Below are positions 38,586 through 51,865 of a DNA stretch of 64,000 bases, in pieces (the first letter of the stretch is position 1; every line of letters starts with the position of its first letter). The position numbers were made by a program, and so were the translations under genes. Under the pieces are notes generated by a model, which saw only the letters and a list, made by a program, of their open reading frames with translations, did not search any database and was not told the DNA's origin. This DNA comes from Octopus bimaculoides (Eukaryota): positions 184,476,602-184,540,601 of the forward strand of contig NC_068981.1 in NCBI RefSeq assembly GCF_001194135.2, written 5' to 3'.

Positions 38586-40794
38586 AGCAGAAAGGATTAT
38601 TATTATTTTATTTAGTCAAATCTAACAGATATTACAATGTATGAGCGTATATAGAAATATATATATATATTTCCTCGAAAAGATAGAAGAAAAGAAAAGA
38701 AATTATGGCTTAATAAGTTTTCAGTGTTAAGAAAGTTAAAACAAATATTGTGAATGGTTTTCAACCATTTTGGATATCTTGTGGAAATATCCGGAAGTGA
38801 CAAGCATGTCGGAGTTGTGAGCAGTCTGGGTAAACAAGAACCTTAGCACAGCAGAAATCAATTAGCAACGGTTAAACAAGTACATTTTCATATCTTCCTT
38901 CGCTCCTGCTTCCATTTACAGCTAGCTATGCTGCTTGTTATTGTTTTTGTAAAGGAGTTTTAACTTTGAATACAAACCTTAAATCTGCAAAGGAGAGAGA
39001 GAGAGAGAGAAGGGGGGTGGGGATTAAGGTAGCTAAATCGTCTTCAGTATATATAGGTTTATATTAATTAGTAAGAGGAGGCAGAACAAGCACCCATGAT
39101 AATTGTAAGACCGTCGTCCTAGCCTGGCGTGATCGATGTAGTAGGTGTTTAGTTTGGAATTTTTGTAGGTCAAGTCTGTTTGGTAAACGTGGTGGAGGTA
39201 GGTATTCCAGTCGTACTGCTTAGGAGGGGACGAATATTTAGGGAAAATGTTTATTGCGGGGGTTGTGAGTGAGACAGCAAGGAATGATGATACGAAGATA
39301 GTGAGGAGTGGCTCAGGGTGGTAAGACTTACGCAGTTGTAAAGGGGAGCATACATTGTTTAGCCAAAATAAAAAATAAATAAAAACTGATTAAGCAGGCC
39401 TGTGATCAAAGGCGTTCCCAACCGTGACTATCCCGTTATTTAGCATTTGTATCTAGAATATTATACAATGGATATCTTTCGCGTTAGCCACATAAAATGG
39501 CAGTTTATCTTTACAGCCTCGGTGATCTCTAATGACATGGAATAATAACACACATATATACGCAAATACTACGTGTATCGACCCTTGATATATTGATTTG
39601 AAATTTTGGCCCAAGGCCAGCAATTTTAGAGGAGGGGGAAGTTGATTAAATCGACCCCAGTGCTCAACTGGTACTTATTTTATCGATCCTGAAAGGATGA
39701 AAGAGTCAACCTCAGTAGAATTTCACCTCGGTATGTAAAGATGGACGAAATGCTGCCAAGCATTTTGCCGTGTGTTCTAACGATTCTGACAGCTTGCTAT
39801 CTTAATTTACCTTTAATATATTGATTTCAAATTTTGACACAAAGTCAGTGTAACCCCTGTGCACGACTAGTACTTATTTTATCGACCCCGAAAGGATGAA
39901 CAGCAAAGTTGGCCCCCAACAGAATTTGAGCTCAGAGTACAAAGACAGTAAACACTTTTCTACTGTGGTGATAGGTTTTCTTGATATAAATGTATGTGTG
40001 TGTGTGTGTGTGTGTATCTTTGAGTTTGTATCCCCTCTTACTACTTGACAACCAATGTTGGTTTGTTTACATACCCATAACTGAGCAGTTTCGCAAAAAG
40101 AGTCCACTAGCAAGCATGACTACAGTCAAATGACTGAAACAAATAAAAAGCAAGCGATAAATAAAGATAACTTTACTTAAATGAGGTAAAAGTACCATAG
40201 TCCTTTGGATCAGAAACTGTTTGTCTCATGTTCATAGTTGTGGCCGTTGCTACTGTGATGTAAATAGCACCTGTGACGGTGGCATGTAAAAAGCACCCAT
40301 TACACTCATGGAGGGATTGGTGTTAGGAAGGGCATCCAGCTATAGAAACCATGCCAAAACCAGACTGGAACTTGGTGCAGCTCTCTGCTTTACCAGTTCC
40401 AGTCAAACTGTTTAACCCATGCCAGCATGGAAACCGGACATCAAATGATGATGATGATATTTGTAAAAGTTTGATAGTTGTCATAGAGACTTTAGTCTCT
40501 CTCTATCACCTTTCAACATAATTATATATTAAGGAACAGTAGAACGATTTAACAAGATAATAAAAATAAGTTTTATTTTTGATGATGCTTGGTTATACAA
40601 ATCCTGTGTCACTCAGCTTAGCAGCCGCTGATTTAGTTGTTGGTATTGGAAAGTTAAGGGCTTCCTTGATGCCTGCCAGAGAAACAAGTAGCTATCACCA
40701 TCGAAGGCATCGTGGTGAAGAGTGCTTCGTTGAGGAGCAAGGAGTTGTCACGTAGAAGGTCTGTCGCTCAACTGCCTAAGAAAGTGAAACTCAC

Positions 40795-40910
40795 TCTTTT
40801 AAGTACCAGTTTTACTACGCATGCGCACTTGAGGGGCTTCCAGTGTTGAAGTCCCTTGCGCATGCGCAGAATAGTACTTCCTCAATGGCGGATATAAGTT
40901 CGCGCCACTA
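40795..40910. promoter_or_regulatory. Promoter-like motif cluster (2x NRF1, YY1-like, ETS-like, E2F-like)
   Basis: CGCATGCGCA 40818-40827, perfect TGCGCATGCGCA 40857-40868, ACTTCC ~40876, AATGGCGG 40884-40891, TTCGCGCC 40899-40906. Minus-strand donor AGA|gtgagt at ~40795. Confidence 0.5.
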
Positions 40911-41364
40911 CATATTCAATCTTGGAATATCAACAGACTTTTTCCAATCAGATAGTTATTGCTATCATGTTCCAGTCAAGCAAATGAAAGCATGGTTGAA
41001 TGGTTAAGTAATTCAATTCACAGTCTTGAGGCCCTGGGTTCAATCTTGGGTAGGTGTCTTTTACAGTCTCAGGGGATCAGATCATTCAGAATCATGCAAA
41101 TGAAATTAGGTAGACAGAAAATGTAAGTAAGACCATTGGATAGATTGTGTCTATAATTCAAAGGGTCTAGCCAGTCTTGTCACATACATGTGTGTTGATA
41201 ATCTGTTGATTAATTAACAAGTCATGGCTCTTCTCTGTCTTGCTTGATGACTTGAGAGTCATGTAATATATTACACAATCTAACTAAATGTATTATGCTT
41301 ACATCAAAATCGAAACTTCTAATGAAACAACTGTATCAACACTAGATAACACATCTGTTTTATT

Positions 41365-41395
<31 letters not shown>

Positions 41396-42609
41396 CTTTT
41401 TTACTTGTTTCAGTCATTTGACTGTGGCCATGCTGGAGCATCGCCTTTAGTCGAGCAAATCGACCCCAGGACTTATTCTTTGTAAGCCTAGTGCTTATTC
41501 TATCGGTCTCTTTTTGCCGAACCGCTAAATTACGGGGACGTAAACACACCACCATCGGTTGTCAAGCGATGCTGGGGGCACAAACACAGACACACAAACA
41601 TATACACATACATATGACAGGCTTCTTTCAGTTTCCGTCTACCAAATCCACTCACAAGGCTTTGGTCGGCCCGAGGCTATAGTAGAAGACACTTGCCCAA
41701 GGTGCCATGCAGTGGGACTGAACCCGGAACCATGTGGTTGGTAAGCAAGCTACTTAAGCTACACAGCCACTCAACTGACGCATAATTGAGAATGACTTAA
41801 ACTGAAGTATACCTGTATATATAATATGTAAAGCATTAATATTGACAACATTTTCTGTTTACCTTTTTTTTCTGTATGACATGTGGACTCTGTATACTAA
41901 TCTATCTGGAGTTAACAAAGATTGTCCACACATATCAGAGATAGGAGTTGAAGGTGGAAGTGATCTACTGCACCTATATCTTTAAATCTCTAGGTTATGT
42001 ATCACATGTTTTTGGTAAACTTTTTGACTTGTGTGCATGGGTGTGTGTGACAAGACCACCTCAAAACTAGACGCAATTTCTCTTTTACTTGTTTCAGTCA
42101 TTTGACTAGCCATGCTGGAGCACTGCCTTTAGTTGAGCAACTCGACCCCAGGACTTATTCTTTGTAAGCCTAGTACTTATTCTATCGGTCACTTTTGCCG
42201 AACCGTTAAGTTATGGGGATGTAAACACACCAGCATCGGTTGTCAAACAATGTTGGGGAGGACAAACACAGACACGCACATACACATATATATACATATG
42301 TATGACGGGCTTCTTTCAGTTTCCATCTACCGAATCCACGCACAAGGCTTTGGTCGACCCGAGGCTATAGCAGAAGACACTTACCCTAGGTACCACCATG
42401 TGGTTCATAAGCGAGCTACTTACCACACAGCCACCCCTACGCCTACTACACATTTTTACTCTTTTCGTATGTTCTAAACATGTTCTGAGAAGGGTGCTTG
42501 ACTACAGGTGGTGCTCCAGCATGGCCGCAGTCAAATGACTGAAACAAGTAAAAGAGTAAAAGAGAGTGTAGTACTGTCTCTACTTTGCGAATTTTCACCT
42601 ATATCTGTG

Positions 42610-43285
42610 GGTTTTGGGGACATAACACCCATGATAGTTGAAGGAATACTGTATATGCATTTGAGACCTGGACTAGGTACAGGTAGCACATAAAAGTTAT
42701 TGAAAGGTACCGCCAATGCTGCATTTGAAGTATTCTGAATATCAGCCGGAAAAAAAAGACAAACATCAGTGTGTTGGAAGAAGACATCATGACCGCCATT
42801 GAAACTATCATCATCCAGAAAGAGCTGAGATGAACTGGTCATGCTGTCTGGGTGAAAAAACAACCATTTACCAAAGGAGCTTCTCTCCTCCCAACATAGA
42901 TAAGAATACCAATGAGGTAAAGAGCAAAAGAAAAAATTCCAAAACATCCTGAAAGTCAACTTCAAGAAATGCGATGACATTGAGAACTTGGAGAGAAATG
43001 CTTAGGAACAAGAACACTGAAGATCCATCATCAAAGAGGGACTAACAACTTTTGAGACCAATTGGCCTACCAAGCAAAAAGAAAAAGAGAAAGCACAGAA
43101 AAGATAGAGGAAGAAGGGAGCTCTGTTTGGAACTAAATGTCCCACTTGAGGAAGAAACTGCCAAAAAAGAACTGGACTCATCAATCATCTCAGAATCCAT
43201 CAGTAACTATATAAAAAAGAAAGCAAAGAATAAAACCCCCAAAAAACAAAGACCACCACCCTCAATTTTGAGGGATAGCCACGAC
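42610..43285 (+). mobile_element. Decayed RTE-clade LINE, ORF2 C-terminal fragment
   Basis: Reconstructed WTRYR*HIKVIERYRQCCI*SILNIS...NISVLE...IETIIIQKELR*TGHAV...LPKELL, matching the RTE pattern LE.FH.RCLR.IL.I...LRW.GHV.RM...LPK. Confidence 0.75.
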
Positions 43286-43719
43286 AGTACATATACATAT
43301 CTATGCATATATTACACACACGTACATTTATGTATGTGTTTGTCCATGTGCATTGAAGTTTTAGACTAGGTACGATGTACTGTTGTGTATTGTAAAAAGC
43401 AGCGAAGAGGATTAACAGCAGTTAAATATTCTAAAACATCTTGTTGAACACATACCAGCATGGAAAAGTTGTGTGTGCACGTTTGTCCTCAACCACCACT
43501 TGACAACTGGTATTAGTGTGTTTACAGCAAAAGAGACTGATAGAATAAGTACAAGGCTTAAAAAAAAGTATTGAGGTTGATTCATTCAGCTAAAATTTCC
43601 TCAAGGTGATGCACCAGGATGTGAGGTGTATTTGAGGATACTTACTGGTATATTACTCTCTTCAAACTGATTAAAAGCATTGTATTTCTTTCAGATTCAC
43701 CATGAGAGATACAATACTA

Positions 43720-44525
43720 ATACATATAATGAAAAGGCATGCATGCAGTTATTGTTGTTGCTATATGTGCAGAACATAATTATTTAGAAATTACCAACTT
43801 TCTAAATGTTATAAGATCTTTTGTACACAAAGTTTGAATGAAATTGGAAGGCTCTGTGGGAATGTTTCAACTGTATCAAAGAGAAAAAAATAAAACATTC
43901 TAAACATTTGGACATTATAAGGACACTGTAATTCATCTGATGAGTTCAAAACATTATTGATGATAAATAGTCCTGAAAAGTCAATGAGAGCCATCACCAA
44001 AGAACTTTAGGTGATGGAGTGGACTGTCAGATCTGTAGTGCAGGAGGACATTCGATACAAGTCATTTGTATGGAGAAGAGACTAATTCATTTCTGCAAAG
44101 ACACAGGAAAACTGATGATCTGTACCAAGAAGCTACTTAATAAGGTTAAAAATGTTCACAAACATATTATGCTTTGGTTTCCCTCTAATGCAGTAGAAGG
44201 CCATACGTGTTTCAACAAAACTCAACTCCTTCTCACAAAGCTTATGTAACTGAAGAATGGATGCTAGGCAAATCTTTATGCTCATGTAACACCAAAATTA
44301 TGGCCTCCAAACTCACCTGGTTTAAATTTCATGGACTATTGTGTTTAGAACATTATTGGAAAGGAGACTAATTGGCATCCTCACAATACCATAGTTTCAT
44401 TAAAGATTGCCAGAGTCCAGGTGATGTCTGAAATGAATAAGGACCATTTAGTGCAGGCATGTCAACGATTCCAGTCCTACACTGAAGCAGTCATCAAAGC
44501 TGAATGGGAATTCATAGAATATTCT
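43720..44525 (+). mobile_element. Internally deleted Tc1/mariner transposase fragment, DD37D (maT-like)
   Basis: GRPYVFQQNSTPSH ... WPPNSPGLNFMDY. There are 37 residues between the catalytic positions after correcting one 1-nt insertion. C-terminus LVQACQRFQSYTEAVIKAEWEFIE. Confidence 0.75.
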
Positions 44526-44708
44526 TCTAAGAAAAGCTTATTGAGAAAATGTTCACAAATAGGCACAGGAGTAGTTTGCTTACCAACCACATGGTTCTGG
44601 GTTCAGTCCCACTGCGTGGCACCTTGGGCAAGTGTCTTCTACTATAGCCTCGGGCCGACCAAAGCCTTGTGAGTGGATTTGGTAGACGGAAACTGAAAGA
44701 AGCCTGTC

Positions 44709-44760
<52 letters not shown>

Positions 44761-45954
44761 ATATGTTTGTGTGTCTGTGTTTGTCCCCCCCAACATTGCT
44801 TGACAACTGATGCTGGTGTGTTTACGTCCCTGTAACTTAGCGGTTCAGCAAAATAGACCGAGAGAATAAGTACTAGGCTTACAAAGAATAAGACCTGCGG
44901 TCAATTTGCTCGACTTAAGGCAGTGCTCCAGCATGGCCGCAGTAAAAAATGACTGAAACGAATAAAAGAATAAGCGAATCAAATATGTCCTCAAATACCT
45001 CTTGCATCATCTGTGTGTCTGTGCATGCATGTGCGTTTGCGTATCCGTGCTATTGTTTACATTCTGTACTTCACATGACAAAAAAAAAAAGCACTTAATG
45101 ACAAAGGTGAAGTCTGCTGTCATTCTCTGTCAACAAATTGTTATCTCAGCATTTTTGAAGACATGTAAAATAAAAATAATCCTTTATAATTCCTGATATA
45201 AACCCAGAAGTACATTTTCAAGACAGTAGACATTTCTTGTGACATACAATTTATAAAATAATCTACTTTTATCTTCGTTTACTTGTTTCAGTCATTTGAT
45301 TGTGGCCATGCTGGGGCACTGCCTTGAAGAGTTTTAGTTGAGTAAACTGACCCCAGGACTTATTTTCCTGACAAGGTGAAAAAAGTGTGTATTAGGTTTA
45401 CGTACATATATATATATAAATATCATCATTGTCATCATTGTTTAACGTCTGTCTTCCATGCTAGTATGGGTGGGACGGTACCACAAGAGCCAGCCAGGCC
45501 GAAGCCTGCACCAGACTTCTGTGACTTTTTTTGGCAGGATTTTTACAGCTGGATGCCCTTCCTAACACCAACCACTCAGCAGAGTGGAATATATACAGGT
45601 ATACCTAACCCTATGTCGTTAATTGGTTCCAGGAGACAAAACTTATTTTCCTTTTAAAGTCTGGAACTTATTCCATTGACCTCTTTTGATGAACTGCTAA
45701 GTTATGGGGACATGAACACTGGTTGTCAAGTGGTGGTGACAAACACAGACACACACTCATATATACATGTGATGGGCTTACACACAGTTTCCATCTAACA
45801 AATTCATTCACAAGGTATTAGTTGACCTGGAGCTATTGTACAAGGTGCCACACAGTGGGACTGAACTCAAAACCACATGGTTCCAAAGCAAGCTTCTAAA
45901 CAACACAGCCATGTTTGTGCCCAACGTGATTGACAAACCTACTATTTCTCTTAG

Positions 45955-46328
45955 AGTGGAGGCGCAATGGCCCAGTGGTTAGGGCAGCGGACTCGCGGTT
46001 TCGATTCCCAGACCGGGCGTTGTGAGTATTTATTGAGCGAAAACACCTAAAAAGCTCCACGAGGCTCTGGCAGGGGATGGTGGCGAACCCTGCTGTACTC
46101 TTCCACCACAACTTTCTCTCACTCTTACTTCCTGTTTCTGTTGTGCCTGTAATTCAAAGGGTCAGCCTTGTCACACTGTGTCACGCTGAATATCCCTGAG
46201 GACTATGTTAAGGGTACACGTGTCTGTGGAGTGCTCAGCCACTTGCACGTTAATTTCAGGAGCAGGCTGTTCCGTTGATTGGATCAGCTGGAACCCTCGT
46301 CGTCGTAATCGACGAAGTGCCAACAACA
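45955..46328 (+). mobile_element. tRNA-derived SINE family D
   Basis: Head GGAGGCGCAATGGCCCAGTGGTTAGGGC. The 3' body GTACACGTGTCTGTGGAGTGCTCAGCCACTTGCACGTTAATTTC...GACGAAGTGCC is shared with minus copies at ~13085-13390 and 58450-58715. Confidence 0.8.
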
Positions 46329-46489
46329 TTTCTCTTTGAAGCTTACCAACAAAACCAGAACATATATTAAATAAAAACTGCTAAATTTCCTTTAAGAATC
46401 CTTTAAGACTTGAAGAAATCCTAGAGCAGAATAATAACAGAGCTGGATCATTGACATGGAATGATCACCAAACAAATATTGAGTATTTA

Positions 46490-46702
46490 ATCCTTTAACA
46501 TTTGCAGCCCAAATATTCTACATGTTATATGCCTAAACTGCTCAGATTCAGCCTCTCACACCTGCCCTACAATGTCAGTCTAAAAATACACAATCAAATC
46601 ATTCAAATCTTGAAGCTAGAAGATAATGCATGATTAATTGGAAACAATGTGACTAAATAAGCATTACATTTGACTGAGTAATCCGAATGCTAATGGGTTA
46701 AA
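46490..46702 (+). mobile_element. ~200-bp MITE family with TTAA-like ends (piggyBac-like); copies also at ~14843-15040 (+) and 28535-28735 (-)
   Basis: The three copies share an internal sequence (cagcctctcacac...gctagaagataatgcatgattaatt) and the terminus aatgctaatgggttaa. Confidence 0.65.
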
Positions 46703-47639
46703 GAATGCCTCAAAGTAGTTTCTTATCGGTAACACAGAGTTTATGCTGCCTGGGACAACCCTTCAGTTTCATGATCTTCCTGAGCCCAAATAACAGACTC
46801 AAAAGTGTTAGCCACATAAAAACATTGCCAGGGATAGTCCATTCAACTTGGCTCTCCCTCTAGCTATGCTATTGCTAAGTAAATATAAAATTCATTGGAA
46901 GATATGTAAAAATTACCTCCATAACAAAAACAGCTAAAATGTCAATTTATGACTTTTCTTTTACTGCCTTTCAAACACGACTTAGATATCTTCCCATCCA
47001 TTCTCTGAAAGGTGATTGAAAAATATTCAAGACTAAGCTATAAATAAAATATGACAATTTATTGTTGTTGTTCAGTTCTGGTACAATAGACTATCTTTAT
47101 TGTCAGACATTGGCCTAATATCATCCAATGTGTTTACCCTTTTCTTAAAGGAATTAATCTGAGTAAAACTATTATTTCTAGCAGTCTTGTGAGCTTGTAA
47201 AAGTTCCCTTGTTGACTTGCTACTGAAAATTCTTAAGTATATCAACTGATTAAAAGTTTCTTGGGGATCAGAAGGGTACTTTATTGACACTGAAAGGATT
47301 AAAAGACAAAGTTGATCTTGGTAACTTAGTTTGAACTCAGAACAAAAGGTCTGGAAGAAATACATAAGTACAGAATTAGATTTAGTATTTCCAACATAAA
47401 TACACACTTTAGAATTTGGATGTGATTAGATTCAATCTAATATTTGAGTGGGACTTATTTTAACGACCCTGGGTGGATGAAAGACAAAGTAAACAACATT
47501 GAGATTCGAACACAGAACTTAAATACCAGGTGAATACCTGTGTAAAAGGAAGAAGTGTTCTGCTCAAAACATCAAACGCCAGAATTCTTTCTCCTTGATA
47601 TGTATATATATATATATATATATAATCCAAATGAGACAA

Positions 47640-47882
47640 AGAGATTAGTACATCTTTAATGACCAGTTGCAATTGTTTCTGCATCACTCTATCTTTAATA
47701 CCATTGCATGCAAAAGTTCAATGTGAGAAGAGTCCACTTTTTAATGCCTGTCTGAAGAAGTGTCACTTGAGTGTTTAAAACTACAAATATTACATAACTT
47801 CTCATATTTTGGGTGCCATGGTGTTAAAAACAGAATGGTACAGAAATAATTGTAACTGGTCATTGAAGATGTGCTAAACTCT
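47640..47882. mobile_element. MITE with ~42-bp TIRs
   Basis: agagattagtacatctttaatgaccagttgcaattgtttctg versus cagaaataattgtaactggtcattgaagatgtgctaaactct. Confidence 0.8.
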
Positions 47883-48599
47883 TTCTCTCTCTCTCTCCTT
47901 CCTTTGAATTATATTTTACTCTTTGCTAGGCCTACATACTGGCTTTAGTGATGTGACACCTGGATTTTCTACACAAGAGGAATTTTGATCTTATTCAAGA
48001 CAGCAATTTAAGAGTGTAGAAAACCTCAAGCTTGGGTTGAGTGCTGCATTGAAAATATCCCATATTTCTACCCTTCAAGGATCTTTATATATATANNNNN
48101 NNNNNNNNNNNNNNNNNNNNNNNNNNNNNNNNNNNNNNNNNNNNNNNNNNNNNNNNNNNNNNNNNNNNNNNNNNNNNNNNNNNNNNNNNNNNNNNNNNNN
48201 NNNNNNNNNNATATATATATATATATATATATAGTGAAAAGGTTAGACAAAAAAAAAATTTTCCACATGGTGAGTTGTAGTGAAAAATATAAAAAGAAGT
48301 AAACTGCAAAGAAATTTTATGTTGGACAAAATATATATGTTATTATGAAATAAAATATTTACATAGTCAACCGGTTTTGCTTGTGCTAATCATGACTAAG
48401 AAGTTAGTGATAATGTTACAATTTCATACTATCATAAGAAGTTTCCATTCCATGTTAGTAGGAGGAAATATTGTATTACAAGTTAAGGCATACATCTGGT
48501 AGGAATGTTACCAACAGTTTCATTTTGAATATTGCCATTAGACAATATTGACATCTCTTCAGCATTTCAACATCCTGATTAGTTGGATAGCATAACCTG

Positions 48600-48812
48600 T
48601 AATATATTATTTAACAATATAAAAATGTACTGCATTACTTATATTGAGTGCTTTCGCTTCTGATAAATATATATATGGAAAACTGGGAGAATGGCTGCAT
48701 AACTTTATAAAAATCAGAAGTCAGAAAGTTGCAACCACTGGCACTCTCTCTGAGGAGATATCAATCTGCAGTGGATGTCCCTCAAGAAACTGTACTGGGA
48801 CCACTACTGTTT
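48600..48812 (+). mobile_element. CR1/L2-type RT fragment interrupted by a SINE
   Basis: GKLGEWLHNFIKIRSQKVATTGTLSEEISICSG / VPQETVLGPLLFV, corresponding to the RT motif W..F...R.Q.V...SGVPQGSVLGPLLF. Confidence 0.75.
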
Positions 48813-49275
48813 GTCAAGCAATGTTGGGGGGACAAACACACATATATATATACATATACATATATACGACGGGCTTCTTTCAGTTTCCATCTACCAAATC
48901 CACTCACAAGGCTTTGGTCGGCCTGAGGCTATAGTAGAAGACACTTGCCCAAGGTGCCATGCTGTGGGACTGAACCCGGAACCATGTGGTTGGTAAGCAA
49001 GCTACTTACCACACAGCCACTCCTATATTAGCAGTAAGTATTTTATTGCAAAATGAATATTTCTAAGATGGTATAAGACTACAAAAGAATATATTAGACT
49101 TTACAAGACTTTAAAAAACTTTATAAGATGTGTTGAAAGTGTCGTCCTTCATTTTCAGTACATAAGTTGACTCTTCTACACATATTTTGAAATACATCTT
49201 GGATGAAAAGCATTCACTGCGGAACGACTTTCTGAACAACCCGTGTCAATAAACCACTATTGTTCCTGAAAGTTG

Positions 49276-49326
<51 letters not shown>

Positions 49327-49369
49327 ATATATATATATATATACACATACATACATACATATATATGGA

Positions 49370-49686
49370 TGTCAGGTCTGCCTGACTGGCTCCCATGCCA
49401 GTCAGTGGCTCATAAAATGCACCATCTGAACTTGGCCGATGCCAGGCCTGCCCGACTGGTTCCCATGCCGGTGGCACGTAAAGAGCACTATCCGAATGTG
49501 ACCAATGCCAGGCCTGCCTGACTGGCTCCTGTGCCGGAGTGGTTAGCGGTAGAAAGGGCATCTGGCTGTAGAAACATTGCCAGATCAGATTGGAGCCTGG
49601 TGCAGCTGCTGGCTCTCCAGACCTCAGTCAAACCGTCCAATCCATGCCAGCATGGAAAACAGATGTTAAACGATGATGATGATGAT
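49370..49686 (+). mobile_element. SINE-like family C ending in (GAT)n (RTE-like tail); this copy has an internal ~3x subrepeat
   Basis: GGAAGGGCATCCAGCTGTAGAAAC...CCATGCCAGCATGGAAA...TTAAACGATGATGATG. Other copies at ~105-340, 2147-2360, 5677-5824, 8200-8410, 14075-14240, 16870-17100, 21436-21690 and 45425-45590 (-), and 3360-3500 and 40275-40458 (+). Confidence 0.85.
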
Positions 49687-49728
49687 ATATATATATAAAT
49701 ATATCTGAAAAAGAAGCACACTCTAAAG

Positions 49729-50023
49729 TAGGGCTGACCAACCTGAGGTCCACAGACTTTTATCTTGTGGCCTGCTTGATACTTTCTTGAAATATTGTGT
49801 TTAATTTCAAAATAAAATAGTTTGTGTAAAACATTTGTTTCAAAATAAATTTAAAATTTACAATACCCTACAATTTCGTAATTTTAAACAAACGAAAATT
49901 AAGAAACATTCTCGAGTCTGTAATTTGATTATTTGACTATTAATGCATAACGTATAAAAGCAGCCATCAAAAATCTTTGTGATTAAAGTGGGCCCGTAAT
50001 GTAAATCGAGTTGGTCAGGCCCG
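49729..50023. mobile_element. hAT-like MITE
   Basis: Short TIRs gggctgaccaac and gttggtcaggccc. A second degenerate hAT-like MITE lies at ~61064-61290. Confidence 0.55.
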
Positions 50024-50554
50024 TTCTCAAGCATAGAGCATTAATGTATTTACATGCAGGTAGGTCTATGTCTGATCATAGAGTGACCAAAGGTTTCACA
50101 TCCATGGGGCTAGGCCCTTTATGGATGCAAAACCATTGGTTACTCTATGACCGGATATAGATTTTACTGCACACACACAGACACGATGGGCTTCTTCCAG
50201 TATCCATTTCCCTATGTCACTCGCAAAGCTTTTTGGCCTTGGGCTACGGTCGAAGATATTTGTCCACATTGTCACGCAGTAGGACTTCTTAACCTGAAAC
50301 TTTGTGAATGGGAAGCAAACTTTTCAACTACACACGCACACACAATAAAACTTGCACATTCTGGTTGTTTTCTAAAGCATATCATATTTAATATTTTGAA
50401 ATGAGCTGTTTAGTACACTTATTTATAGCTAAGTAAGTCGTGTTATATACCTGCGTGTTTTGTGTGAATATTTTAACTGCGCGATTAAAAAAATAAATAA
50501 ATAAAATAAGGTGTAGTTACAATGTGCCACAGCTAAACACAAACATTTAATCAT

Positions 50555-51243
50555 AATTTTGTTATACCTACGCAAATGTGCCCCCGCATCCATGACTTTG
50601 TGACCTCAGAACTTCCAGGAAATTGAATATTTTTTAATGAAATTTTCGAGAGATATGCTTCAGAGGAGATTCGGAAAAATTCGGCAGTAGGTTTTGTTTC
50701 CTCATAACTTTCAGAAAAATGGGTAATTTTATAATGAAATTTTCTACAAATATCTTCCAGAGTGTATAGATTACAATTATATCGGGATTTAATGCGAAAA
50801 AGAAAAAAAAGTTTCGGGAGCTCAAACACATACATACTAACACACATCACATACAACTACAAAATGAAATTTGAAACTTTTGGTTAAAAAAAAAAAATAG
50901 TGTAATGTGTGTTAGTATGTGTGTGTGCGAGCCACCAATTTTTTTTTCCATATTAAATTCCGATATGATCATAATGTGCACGCTCTGAAAGGTATTTGTA
51001 GAAAATTTCATTAAAAATACCCATTATTTCTGAAAGATATAAAAGAAACAAAACCGACTCAAGTGTATTTTCCGAAACTCCTCAGAAAAAAGAAAATTCA
51101 CATTAAATTCCGATATAATCGTAATCTGCTCTATCTGAAGCATATTTGTAGAAAATTTCAATAAAAAATATCCATTTTTCTGCAAGTTATGAGGAAATAA
51201 ATCCTAAGTCGGAGGAGCACACTTGTGTAGGTATGTCACAATT
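50555..51243. mobile_element. Foldback-like element: long inverted arms built from ~150-bp subrepeats
   Basis: Outer ends aattttgttatacctacgcaaatgtgc and gcacacttgtgtaggtatgtcacaatt. The subrepeat aaattccgatataatc...tatttgtagaaaatttca...aagttatgaggaaa occurs twice per arm and again at ~61780-62070. Confidence 0.75.
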
Positions 51244-51811
51244 TTAACGAATCGATGAAAATATAAGCATTGGTTAACTTAGAGCTATATATGAAATATT
51301 TCCAAATAATTATTATAAGATAATAAATGAATAACAGAAAGTGAACGAAATAAAAATAAATTTGATAATGAAAGTTTTGAAAATAACAATAGTTAAAATA
51401 TTAACCCGAGAAAGTAGTTAAGACAGAAAAAAGTATTGCTAATATACAAAGTGAATTTTTGAGGTGATTAAATGGTAGAAAATAGATTAATGTTGTGTAG
51501 GTATAATTAATAATAAATAAATTTTTGAGTGCAAGATCACATACCAGGAGGGGTTACAACGACACTTACTTCCCGATGAAGATTATTTTTCTTGACACTG
51601 AACTGGTTTTCCTTTTTCAGAAGACTTGTCAAAGGTATGTTATTTGTGGATATATAGAAAACATGACCGAACTTAATTTTAACAGAAGTGATGTTGGAGG
51701 TGACAGATGTCAGTTGTCCTAAACAACAACCCAAAGCTACTTACTTGGACGATGTGTTCTATACGAAGTAAGAGCAGACGTGCGTCACTAGTTTGTTTTA
51801 CTCATTTAACG

Positions 51812-51865
<54 letters not shown>

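Noticed and set aside
51525-51580. Faint resemblance to the U1 snRNA 5' region
   Set aside because: Manual alignment shows no extended match, no Sm site and no stem-loop pattern.
51570-51745. Splice-like motifs: plus-strand 14-nt microexon (tttttcag|AAGACTTGTCAAAG|gtatgt, 51621-51634) and two minus-strand GTAAGT donors
   Set aside because: No recognisable protein or partner exons, and such short motifs occur often by chance in 64 kb of AT-rich DNA.
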